From: an uncultured Clostridia bacterium
GTDB taxonomy: Bacteria; Bacillota; Clostridia; TANB77; CAG-508
Assembly: GCA_948934525.1 (NCBI GenBank)
Contig: CAQZSK010000001.1
Span: forward strand, 222,574-286,573
Reading direction: 5' to 3'
DNA: 64,000 bases
Shown one piece after another: positions 19,268 through 28,050 of this stretch (within the stretch, counting starts at the first letter, position 1; each line of letters begins with the position of its first letter). The position numbers were made by a program, and so were the translations under genes. A model generated the notes under the pieces. The model was not told where the DNA came from. It made no database searches and saw nothing but the letters and a program-made list of their open reading frames with translations.

Positions 19268-19926
19268 TTTTCTAATAATAAACATTTAGCTATACTACTA
19301 ATAAAAATTGGATTAATAGAAAAAACTTGTGTAGTACAATGTGCTTTTATATAATAATTCAAAAAGTTATCATTTATACCAATTAGTCCAATATTATATT
19401 CTTCAAAGATCTTTTTATTATTTTGGTATAACTTAAAAGCTATTTCATCAGGCATTACTACATAAGATTCATATGCGAAACTTTTATTTTTTATAGCCTG
19501 AAGAACTGCTTTTTTCCATTGTTTTAATTTTAACTCATATGCAGAAAATTTCAAATTTGGGAACTTAAAATCTTCATGAATTATAAATTTGTTTTCTTCT
19601 TCTAAAACTATATTTTCTTTTTTTAATGCTGTCAATATAGATTGTAGATATTCTTCAGTATATCCAGTTTTATTTATTAAGTAACTTAATGTATGAGCTT
19701 TTTTTCTATGAAGAAATGCAACAACTAATGCAGTTGAATAATTAGATAACAGTTTAGCTTGAGATTTTGTAATTGTTATTTTTAAATTTTCTAAATCTGT
19801 CATTACAACATCGACATTACCAAACCTTGCATTAAACTCTTCTAATATATTTTGTTTTTCTTTTTTATTTAGACTTAATAACTTTATGAATTTCTTTTGC
19901 ATTTTTAACTCTGTTTCATACATCAA
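19249..19926 (-). CDS. hypothetical protein, possible PD-(D/E)xK nuclease fold with inserted winged-helix
   Basis: 225 aa. GNVDVVMTD ... AYELKLKQWKKAVLQA fits D...E-x-K spacing, and the central LSYLINKTGYTEEYLQSILTALKKENIV looks like a wHTH. The functional call is weak. Confidence 0.35.
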   Translation of the reverse strand: MMYETELKMQKKFIKLLSLNKKEKQNILEEFNARFGNVDVVMTDLENLKITITKSQAKLLSNYSTALVVAFLHRKKAHTLSYLINKTGYTEEYLQSILTALKKENIVLEEENKFIIHEDFKFPNLKFSAYELKLKQWKKAVLQAIKNKSFAYESYVVMPDEIAFKLYQNNKKIFEEYNIGLIGINDNFLNYYIKAHCTTQVFSINPIFISSIAKCLLLEKSQTIN

Positions 19927-20046
19927 CTATCACTCCTAATTCAAAAATATTATATCATTAAAAAAATTTAATACAATCTTTTTTCTAATTTTATATAAAA
20001 AAATTAAACATAACTATCAATTTTTCTGCTTATAGCATAACTAAAT

Positions 20047-20985
20047 TTATTCACAATAATAAATATTAAGCTTTTTATTAGTATACTCTTCTAAATCAAC
20101 TACTATATAATTGCAATTTTGAAGATACCTTTGTATATCATCTTTAATTTCTTTATTGCAAATAATGTCTGCATTTCTATATCGACTTTCTCTCAAGAAG
20201 CATCTAATTCTATTAATTTTCTCTGTATCTAAAAAATAAAACCTTGAAATATATTTATTAGCCCCGTTAGTATAATCACAAAAATTGTATTCTGATAGAT
20301 ATGCATCTGGATAATATTTGTTCATAATTTGATTCCAATCCACATTATGCATATATTTTAATTTTTCTCTATTTTCAATATTGTCCTTCAATATTAAAGT
20401 TTGATTGTTTCTAAAACAAAACTCGCCTATATCAATATCTCTAATATCATCTGCTAGTATAATAATATTTTTGTATTGAGTTTCCTTTTGTATATCATAA
20501 ATAACTGAAGCTGAATATCTCTTATCATTTTTTCTTGGAATGTAGTAAATAAGATACTCTGTTCCGCTTATGTCTAATATCCCCATATATCTTCTAGCAG
20601 TGGTAGTATATATTTCTTTATCTTTTATTTCAAAGGATGAGGTAAAAGTCACTGTATCACAGTTATGGTAAAATGCTTCTAGATTACTTAAATATTTTAG
20701 TCGTGGAAAATATTTTTGGCTCCTATTTAGTTTATTATGTGCAATTCCAAATAAATCTAAATATTCCATACCAACTTTATCTAAAACTAAGTTTAACTTT
20801 ATTCTTTTTAAGAACTTATTACTAACAAAATGTGCTATTCTCTTTTTATAATATGATTTGCTGCTAAAGAAATATTGCACATCATTTATATTTATATATT
20901 GATATCTTGCTATAAATTTTAATAATTCTTTTTCTTCATCGTTCGGAAAATAGTTCACCTCCAAATCTCTCATAAAATTATTCAT
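20047..20985 (-). CDS. replication-relaxation family protein (paralog of 59856-60776)
   Basis: 312 aa, clearly homologous over its full length to the 306-aa ORF at 59856-60776 (NYFPN..E..LLKFIARYQYL, SEYNFCDYT, YFLDTEKINRI). The N-terminal wHTH pattern resembles PF13814. Confidence 0.55.
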   Translation of the reverse strand: MNNFMRDLEVNYFPNDEEKELLKFIARYQYININDVQYFFSSKSYYKKRIAHFVSNKFLKRIKLNLVLDKVGMEYLDLFGIAHNKLNRSQKYFPRLKYLSNLEAFYHNCDTVTFTSSFEIKDKEIYTTTARRYMGILDISGTEYLIYYIPRKNDKRYSASVIYDIQKETQYKNIIILADDIRDIDIGEFCFRNNQTLILKDNIENREKLKYMHNVDWNQIMNKYYPDAYLSEYNFCDYTNGANKYISRFYFLDTEKINRIRCFLRESRYRNADIICNKEIKDDIQRYLQNCNYIVVDLEEYTNKKLNIYYCE

Positions 20986-20998
20986 TTAATTATACTTT

Positions 20999-21033
20999 GG
21001 TAGGATAGCCGACAGCTTTTGCTATCGTCTACC
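20999..21033. promoter_or_regulatory. imperfect hairpin upstream of the replication-relaxation gene (candidate oriT/operator)
   Basis: GGTAG-GATAGC-loop-GCTATC-GT-CTACC directly upstream of a TATAAT (minus strand). The structural counterpart is at 60808-60846. Confidence 0.4.
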
Positions 21034-21222
21034 TACCTCGGCTACAGAAAGTATCGCAAATTTCTTCTAAAAGTATTGATATTTCAATATTTTTTAATTT
21101 TAAAAAATGTCGTGATTTCTTTCTATCATTCTTGAGAAAATCACTACCCTTTTAGCTACTGCATTTTTTTATACAGTTACTAATTTTTAAATATTTAGCA
21201 TGAGTTAATAATATATAATTCA

Positions 21223-21240
21223 AAATGTAACAGTTTGATA
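21223..21240. repeat. 18-bp perfect inverted repeat partner of 13771-13788
   Basis: AAATGTAACAGTTTGATA, 10 nt from the arm-type repeat at 21251. Confidence 0.8.
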
Positions 21241-21250
21241 TCTTGCTTTT

Positions 21251-21275
21251 TTCTCTAAAAAAACTCTAAAAAATT
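21251..21275 (+). repeat. candidate integrase arm-type site, copy 2
   Basis: TTCTCT-A7-CTCT-A6, near-identical to 12313-12339. Confidence 0.4.
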
Positions 21276-21413
21276 GTAATCTTTTTTATATTTTCTTAAG
21301 TTATTGATTTCAAAATAATTTTCCACCTTTAATTCAAATTCTTGCTTATAAATCAGAGGTTTAACAGAGCAATATAAAATCTAGTAGAGCCTAATAGGAA
21401 AACAATTTCCACT

Positions 21414-21459
<46 letters not shown>

Positions 21460-21508
21460 ATACAAAAAGTACGAACTTTTTTAAGAGTTCGTATTTTTTG
21501 TATTGAGT

Positions 21509-22232
21509 TCATATTAATCTTTCTTCTATTAATCTTTCTTTCTCTTTTATTTGACTTTTAAAAGCCTCTGCAAACTTGCTAAAATATTCCTCCACTTCTT
21601 CTACAGTAGTTTCTTCATTGATAGGCATTCTTAAAGCTACTATTTGCCTTGGATATATTCCGCCAATTATATCCCAATATAGTATGTCTTTTATCAAATT
21701 CTGCTAGCCTCTCATCTACTTGAATATCTTGAGGAATCTCCTTTTCCTCCTCTTCTGATACAATTTGCTTTAAATAGTCATAATCCAATTTACCAGTTCT
21801 TAATGAATATTGTATATCACTAAATGCACAGGGTTGTATAAACCAAATTGCCTTATTTCCTATTTGTTCGCCATTTTTTCCTTCTCTTGCTTCTAATTCA
21901 AATAACCAATCTTTATTCTCATTAGACAATGTATCAAAATTAAGCATTATCCAAGAGTAACCTTTACCCACCTCGTCAAAAAGTGGTGTTTTCTCTCCTA
22001 TTTGCATATTTCTTATATCGATATCTTCTTTTTCTACTGGTATTTCTCCTCTTGAAAGAATATTATTTTTATTAGCACTGCTCATTACCGTTTCTATCCC
22101 TTTTTTAGCAAATATTCTACATGTTTTTTGTAATGGTAATTCTATATTTTCAATTACCATTTGCTCTAAATTTTCTTTTCCTAATAAGTTAATTCCTACA
22201 TGAGTTATTGGTTCAATTTCTTTTATTAACAT
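21509..22232 (-). pseudogene. hypothetical protein split by a 1-nt frameshift in an A4/T4 run
   Basis: ORFs 21615-22232 and 21509-21697 overlap. Removing one A at 21689-21692 joins ...ERLAEFDK to DILYWDIIGGIYPRQIVALRMPINEE. Confidence 0.45.
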
Positions 22233-22264
22233 CTAAATTTCCCCCATCTATATTCTACAATGAG

Positions 22265-23008
22265 TTATTCGCCTAAAAATCTATGCAATAATTGCTCTCT
22301 ACATTTTTCCTCGAAAGTATCATCTAATGGTTCTAATTCCATCTGTCCTCCATATCTTCTTTCTAGTGCATATTGTATGATATAATCTGTAATATCTGGG
22401 TTTTTAGACAATAGTGTCCCATGAATATAAGTTGCAATAACATTTTCAGTCATAAAGCCCTCATCTGTTGCACCAAAAGTGTTACCTTGTCCTTTTAACA
22501 CTCTTCCAAAAGGATTAGTTACATCTTTTGTTTGTCCTCCATGGTTTTCATATCCTATTACTTTTGTTTGTTTTCCATTTAATTCTGTTTGAATTACAAT
22601 ATTGCCTATGCATCTTTTCGTTCTGTCAGGAATAGCTTCTGTATAATAGTCGAATATTTCCAAACCTGGTATTATATCTCCTTCAACACCTTTATAATAT
22701 TTACCAAATAATTGATAAGAACCACAAACTAGTAAAAAGAATACACCTTCTTCTATTGCTTTTTGAATATTTTCTTTATACTGCATCATATCAACAGCTA
22801 CTAATGCTTGTTCTTTGTCAGCACCTCCACCTGCAAATACAATATCATAAGAAGAAAAGTCTGGTGCTTGTCCTTCTAAATAGTAATAATCAATTTGAAC
22901 TGTAATTCCTCTTTTTTCTGCACGATATTTTATGGCTTGAATGTTTCCTCTATCCCCATATAAATTCAGCATATCTGGGTATAAATATAAAATTTTGATT
23001 TCTTTCAT
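22265..23008 (-). CDS. gatD: lipid II isoglutaminyl synthase glutaminase subunit GatD
   Basis: CobQ-type GATase: YLYPDMLNLYGDRGN, nucleophile context LLVCGSYQL, ENHGG. Immediately downstream of murT. Confidence 0.8.
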   Translation of the reverse strand: MKEIKILYLYPDMLNLYGDRGNIQAIKYRAEKRGITVQIDYYYLEGQAPDFSSYDIVFAGGGADKEQALVAVDMMQYKENIQKAIEEGVFFLLVCGSYQLFGKYYKGVEGDIIPGLEIFDYYTEAIPDRTKRCIGNIVIQTELNGKQTKVIGYENHGGQTKDVTNPFGRVLKGQGNTFGATDEGFMTENVIATYIHGTLLSKNPDITDYIIQYALERRYGGQMELEPLDDTFEEKCREQLLHRFLGE

Positions 23009-23018
23009 CCTTTTCTCC

Positions 23019-24350
23019 TTACTTTTCGTGAGACTTTTTGTAATCTAGTATTTCTTTTCTCGTATTTTGAATTGCTGTATAGTTTGCAATAATATATTTC
23101 GTATTTTGTGTTTCATATAATTTGTCCACTGCTTCCTTGATACTGCTACAAGCAATAATCTTTTCTACTGGACACCCTGCTGTTTTAATTCGGATAGCTG
23201 CATCGTAAGGACGCAGACCTGCTGTAATCACTCGTTCTACATTTTCTAGATTTTCAAAATCAATATCCCAAATCCAAGAGACATCTTTTCCATCTGGAGC
23301 ATTATCATTTAAAACAAATAGCAATTCTTTTGGAGTAGTATCTTTATTTAAAACTTTTAGGCTTACATTCACTCCAGTAGGATTTTTAGCCAAATTTATA
23401 ATTGTTCTATTATTATTTACTGTTATTTTTTCTAATCTACCATTATTTAATACAAATCTGTCAATTGTTTGTATTACTGACTCTTCTGGAATTTGGTATA
23501 ATTTTGCAACTGATGTAGCTGCTGCTAGGTCATAAAAAGCATAAAGACTATCGTATTGTGTTTTATAAGTATTCTCACCTATTTTAAAAGTACCATTTTC
23601 TATATTTATTTGCGTTAATAATTGATAAATATCTACTTTTCCATAGTGGCATTCTGGACATTCAAATTTACCTACATGAGCATATTGATAATATTCATAT
23701 TGTAATTTAGTTCTACAAAATGGGCAATAAGTTCCCTCTGCAGCTTCATGTAGCTGTTCTGTAGACTCATTGCACTTTTCTATAGAGTAGAACCATACAC
23801 GCTCATTTTCTGGATTTGCCTTAGAAAGTCTACTCACATTTGGATCATCTGCATTTAAAATCAAATTTCCAGTATAATTCTCTAAGAACTTTTGAATTTT
23901 TAAAATAAGAGTTTCCATTTCTCCATTTCTATCTAGTTGATCTCTAAAAAAATTTAAAACTACTAAACAATCTAATGAAATTTTTTGATAGATTACTGGT
24001 ACATAGCTCTCATCTGTTTCAAACACTAAATAATCCGCATTTACTTTACCTGTTAATGAGCTATTTTGAATTAATACAGATAATACCCCTGTTTCCATAT
24101 TATTTCCTTGTAAATTGCTTATTACCTTTTTTCCACTATCCTTTAAAATCTGTGCAATGCAATTATTTGTCATAGTTTTTCCATTTGTTCCAGTAACTGC
24201 AATTACTTTACCTGTTATTTTAAAGTACTTAAAAATAGATTTATCCCATTTTAGAGCTAAATTTCCTGGCAAGTTTCCAGCATTCTTCCCTAACAATTTT
24301 AATATCTTAGCAATAGCTTTAGTTATTATCACAATTAAAAATTTCTTCAT
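23019..24350 (-). CDS. murT: lipid II isoglutaminyl synthase Mur-ligase subunit MurT
   Basis: P-loop VTGTNGKT, a Cys4 ribbon (CPFC...CPEC) and a C-terminal DUF1727-like region. Paired with gatD. Confidence 0.85.
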   Translation of the reverse strand: MKKFLIVIITKAIAKILKLLGKNAGNLPGNLALKWDKSIFKYFKITGKVIAVTGTNGKTMTNNCIAQILKDSGKKVISNLQGNNMETGVLSVLIQNSSLTGKVNADYLVFETDESYVPVIYQKISLDCLVVLNFFRDQLDRNGEMETLILKIQKFLENYTGNLILNADDPNVSRLSKANPENERVWFYSIEKCNESTEQLHEAAEGTYCPFCRTKLQYEYYQYAHVGKFECPECHYGKVDIYQLLTQINIENGTFKIGENTYKTQYDSLYAFYDLAAATSVAKLYQIPEESVIQTIDRFVLNNGRLEKITVNNNRTIINLAKNPTGVNVSLKVLNKDTTPKELLFVLNDNAPDGKDVSWIWDIDFENLENVERVITAGLRPYDAAIRIKTAGCPVEKIIACSSIKEAVDKLYETQNTKYIIANYTAIQNTRKEILDYKKSHEK

Positions 24351-24514
24351 TTTGAGTTGTAGCTAACAATTTGTTAGCTTTCCCCTTTCCTTTGAAAGTT
24401 CATTTCTCTGTTATTTTACTATATCATTCTTAATTATTCAATATGCTTATAATAGAAGTTCTTACTTTCTAAAAAAAGCCACCACTTCTGGTGACTTTTC
24501 TCATTCCTTTATAT

Positions 24515-25924
24515 CTATGCATTTCTCCAAAATGCTTCATAAGCACGATATGCTTCATATAAATCTAATTTACTAGTTACTTCATATGGTGAATGCATAG
24601 AAAGTACTGGTACTCCACAATCGATTACATCAATTCCTTTATTTGCTAGAATATATGCAATGGTTCCTCCACCACCAACATCCACTTTTCCTAATTCAGC
24701 AATTTGATAAGCAATTTGGTTTTGCTCAAATATATTTCTTACTTCTGCTACAAATTCTGCATTAGCATCAGATGCACCTGATTTGCCTCTTGCTCCTGTA
24801 TATTTGTTTAGTCCAATTCCTCTTCCTAGATAAGAGCTATTATTCTTTTCTGATACATTACTATAAATTGGATCTAATCCTGCATCTACATCTGCTGATA
24901 GCATTTTAGAATTGCAGAATACCTTTTCTAATAAATTTGGTCTATTAACACCCATCTTATTTAATAATTCCGAAATAAAAGTATCAAATACATGTGATTC
25001 CATTCCTGTATTTCCCATACTTCCAATTTCTTCTTTATCGGAAATAATACAAACTGCTGTCTTTCTTGGATGTTCTATATTCATTAATGCTGTTAATGAA
25101 CTATAAACACAAATTTTATCATCTTGCCCATACCCTGCAATCATACTGTTGTCAAATCCCATACTTCTACAAGGGTTAGCTGGAACTAATTCTATTTCAG
25201 AACTTAATAAGTCCACTTCAGTAATACCATATTTTTCATTCAAAATATTGAGAATATTTAATTTTACTTTTTCAGACACATCAGCTTCAAATGGAATACT
25301 TCCAATTAATAAATTTAAATCTTCACCTTCTACTACATCAGTAGCCTTTTTCTTCATTTGATCTTGTGCTAAATGAGGTAATAAATCTGTAATTGTAAAA
25401 ATTGGGTCCTCTAAATCTTCTCCAATACATACATTGATTTTTTCTCCATTTGTTTTTACAATAACACCATGAATAGCAAGTGGTATAGTAGTCCATTGAT
25501 ATTTTTTGATTCCACCATAATAATGTGTTTTGAAATAGGCAAATTCAGTATCTTCATATAGTGGATTTGGCTTTAAATCTAATCTTGGCGAATCTGCATG
25601 TGCACCAATAATATTTATTCCACTTTCTAGTGGCTCTTCTCCAATGACAGCTAAATACATACTTTTTTCACGGTTAATCCAATATACTTTATCTCCAGCC
25701 TTTAACTCTTGACAATTTGCTACATCTTGAAATCCTTTTTGGTCTGCTATCTTCTTAGAACTTGCTACAATTTCTCTTTCCGTTTTAGATTGATTCATAT
25801 AGTTTATATATCCTCTTGCATATTCCATTATATTATTTTTTTCCTCATCTGATTTGGATTTCCACCCATTCTCTTTTTGATTAAATAATTTCTTTTTTAA
25901 CTCTTCTGCTTCTTTTTTATCCAT
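24515..25924 (-). CDS. M18 family aminopeptidase
   Basis: 469 aa. GAHADSPRLDLKP, DKEEIGS and SMHSPYE are blocks typical of the M18/M42 clan. Confidence 0.75.
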   Translation of the reverse strand: MDKKEAEELKKKLFNQKENGWKSKSDEEKNNIMEYARGYINYMNQSKTEREIVASSKKIADQKGFQDVANCQELKAGDKVYWINREKSMYLAVIGEEPLESGINIIGAHADSPRLDLKPNPLYEDTEFAYFKTHYYGGIKKYQWTTIPLAIHGVIVKTNGEKINVCIGEDLEDPIFTITDLLPHLAQDQMKKKATDVVEGEDLNLLIGSIPFEADVSEKVKLNILNILNEKYGITEVDLLSSEIELVPANPCRSMGFDNSMIAGYGQDDKICVYSSLTALMNIEHPRKTAVCIISDKEEIGSMGNTGMESHVFDTFISELLNKMGVNRPNLLEKVFCNSKMLSADVDAGLDPIYSNVSEKNNSSYLGRGIGLNKYTGARGKSGASDANAEFVAEVRNIFEQNQIAYQIAELGKVDVGGGGTIAYILANKGIDVIDCGVPVLSMHSPYEVTSKLDLYEAYRAYEAFWRNA

Positions 25925-26079
25925 TTTTTCTCCTCCTTAATTTTGTTAGCTTCATTTTATCACATTATATTAATTTTAGAATACCCATTTTATATTTTTT
26001 TATGTGTTTTTTTGTAATAATCTTTGACTAGCCATCGTATAATTTATTACTTTTAGATAAAAAAGAAAGGACGATATTT

Positions 26080-26790
26080 ATGGATGAAAATGAAAAAAAT
26101 TTTAGCATAAATGCAGAAGATTTAAAAAAAGAAACTTCTGAAACAGTTAATCAAGTAAAAGATACTATTAAAAACGTAGACTTTAAAGAAGATTCTAAAG
26201 AAGCCAGAAGCTTTTTCTTATCTTTCTTCAAAAATCCTCTTGGTGAAATAAAAAAGGCAACTGAGAGTACAGATAGCAAATTTATAAAAGTGGCAATTAT
26301 TATTTTTGTTGTTTGGCTTGCTATCATCTTAGCAGCTAATCTACTAAATGCTGCAACAAATTATTTATTGGGAACTTTTGGTAGTTTTTCATACTTTTTT
26401 AGTCATTTATTCCATAATATTTTTAATCTTGTGAAAGATTTAATAGCACCAGTTATTACGATTTTAACTCTTTCTGGCTTGATTTATGGATTTAAGAAAG
26501 TTAAAAATAGATCTTTTTTGACAATTGCTAGTAGCATTTTAATTACCAAAATTCCTGTTGTTATAGCTACTATTGTTAGTTTGTTAACTATATTTAATAC
26601 GCATTTCCTTAAGATCTCTTCTACCTTTGCAGGTTTTTGTGATATTTTATCTACAGTACTCTTATTCTTTACTATGAAAAATTTATCAGAAGAAGATAAA
26701 AATGATTCTTATTTTTGGAAGTTTGCATCGATTATGGGAATTTTCTATATTGTAAAATCTGTGTGTTCTTATTTAGGAATTTATTTATAA
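26080..26790 (+). CDS. polytopic membrane protein, unknown function
   Basis: 236 aa with an acidic N-terminal region and then 5 TM helices. Confidence 0.5.
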   Translation: MDENEKNFSINAEDLKKETSETVNQVKDTIKNVDFKEDSKEARSFFLSFFKNPLGEIKKATESTDSKFIKVAIIIFVVWLAIILAANLLNAATNYLLGTFGSFSYFFSHLFHNIFNLVKDLIAPVITILTLSGLIYGFKKVKNRSFLTIASSILITKIPVVIATIVSLLTIFNTHFLKISSTFAGFCDILSTVLLFFTMKNLSEEDKNDSYFWKFASIMGIFYIVKSVCSYLGIYL

Positions 26791-26847
26791 CTTTATTTCT
26801 TCATTTTTAAAAGGCTTACTATTTTCAAAAATAGTAAGCTATTTTAC

Positions 26848-26876
26848 TTGTCAAATTTTTCTAAATATGTTATAAT
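26848..26876 (+). promoter_or_regulatory. sigma-A-type promoter of the GC-rich gene
   Basis: TTGTCA, 17 nt, TATAAT. AT-rich native-looking sequence upstream of a GC-richer coding region. Confidence 0.5.
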
Positions 26877-26946
26877 AGGTAAGATTACCCATTGGGTATT
26901 TACATATATTTCAGCAATTTATTAAGAACTGGAGGAAGAAAAAACT

Positions 26947-27975
26947 ATGTCAGACGTCTCACAGCGGTCCATTCTTTTGGCCGCTAACACTCAGTTGCAA
27001 GAGAAGTTTTATGCACTTGCGAAATTTTGGATGATGCTTCTGATTTTTTGCATCATTCTATCATCTACTTTGCCAGTGGATTCTCCTCAAACAGCGACTG
27101 TAAAAACGACAGCAGTACAAACAGTGCTAAATACAAAAGCATTTGTTAACCCTAACATTGCTCCTTATGTTAAGAGCTCTATCTGTATTGCTGACATAAA
27201 TCCAACAAAATCTCTTGGAGAACTTTCCAATGTTTCTGAAACATTGGAAGAGCCACAATCTTGTACTTCTGAAGTTATTCTAAGTACAGATCTTATTCCC
27301 GAATCTTTATATCTACACTTCTACGAAAATTCTGATTCCAGATTTTACTGGGTTCCAGAAGCTCTAGAAGCACCTTTATCCCAAAAGGATATTCGAGTAG
27401 ATTTACAAGCTGCTATTGATTCTGATTTTTCTTGTGAACTTTCAGAATATTTTCAATATCTTGTTAGTCTGGTAGTTTATCGGGAGGCTGGTAATCAACC
27501 ATTTCTAGGTCAGTTAATGGTTGCCGAAGACGTAATCGGTCGTATTCGCTATGACAATTCTTGGGATAATATTTATCCAACTCTTATAGAAGCATATGAG
27601 GCTAAGTTGGATAAAAATGGCAAATTACACATCTACCTTGGTAAAAAAGAAATTTTAGAGCCATCAGAATCTGTTCAAGAAGCCGTTCAATTGGCGCTTT
27701 CTGGTAGCCGTGTTACAGCTCTTCTGTTAGAAGCTGTAACAGATACTCGTAATGAACAATATGGTTGGCAGCTAGATGATATCTATTATAGCCAAGGTGC
27801 ACTGTTTCACTACAGTCCCGAATCAATTTGTAATTCTGAGGCGCAATTACGTACCATTAACCGTGTTCCTGTCAGTTTCCAATTTTCTGACCATATTTTT
27901 TATGGCCATTGGTTAGGTGAATTAAATCAGTTGGAAATTACAAATGCGGTAACTCAGCTGGAATCTGAATTGTAG
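26947..27975 (+). CDS. membrane-anchored protein with SleB/CwlJ-like cell-wall hydrolase domain; compositionally foreign
   Basis: 342 aa with an N-terminal TM. VVYREAGNQPFLGQLMVAEDVIGRI resembles the Hydrolase_2 core (EA.GE...G..AVA.VI.NR). Two hand-counted 60-nt lines gave 35% and 48% GC against 23% in a flanking line. Confidence 0.45.
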   Translation: MSDVSQRSILLAANTQLQEKFYALAKFWMMLLIFCIILSSTLPVDSPQTATVKTTAVQTVLNTKAFVNPNIAPYVKSSICIADINPTKSLGELSNVSETLEEPQSCTSEVILSTDLIPESLYLHFYENSDSRFYWVPEALEAPLSQKDIRVDLQAAIDSDFSCELSEYFQYLVSLVVYREAGNQPFLGQLMVAEDVIGRIRYDNSWDNIYPTLIEAYEAKLDKNGKLHIYLGKKEILEPSESVQEAVQLALSGSRVTALLLEAVTDTRNEQYGWQLDDIYYSQGALFHYSPESICNSEAQLRTINRVPVSFQFSDHIFYGHWLGELNQLEITNAVTQLESEL

Positions 27976-28014
27976 TTTTTCGTCTTAGCTGCTATCTTTA
28001 GAAGCTAAAAACTC

Positions 28015-28047
28015 AAAAGTCCCCCTTATGTGAATAGGGGGACTTTT
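28015..28047. terminator. bidirectional rho-independent terminator
   Basis: AAAAGTCCCCC-loop-GGGGGACTTTT between convergent genes. Confidence 0.7.
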
Positions 28048-28050
28048 GCT

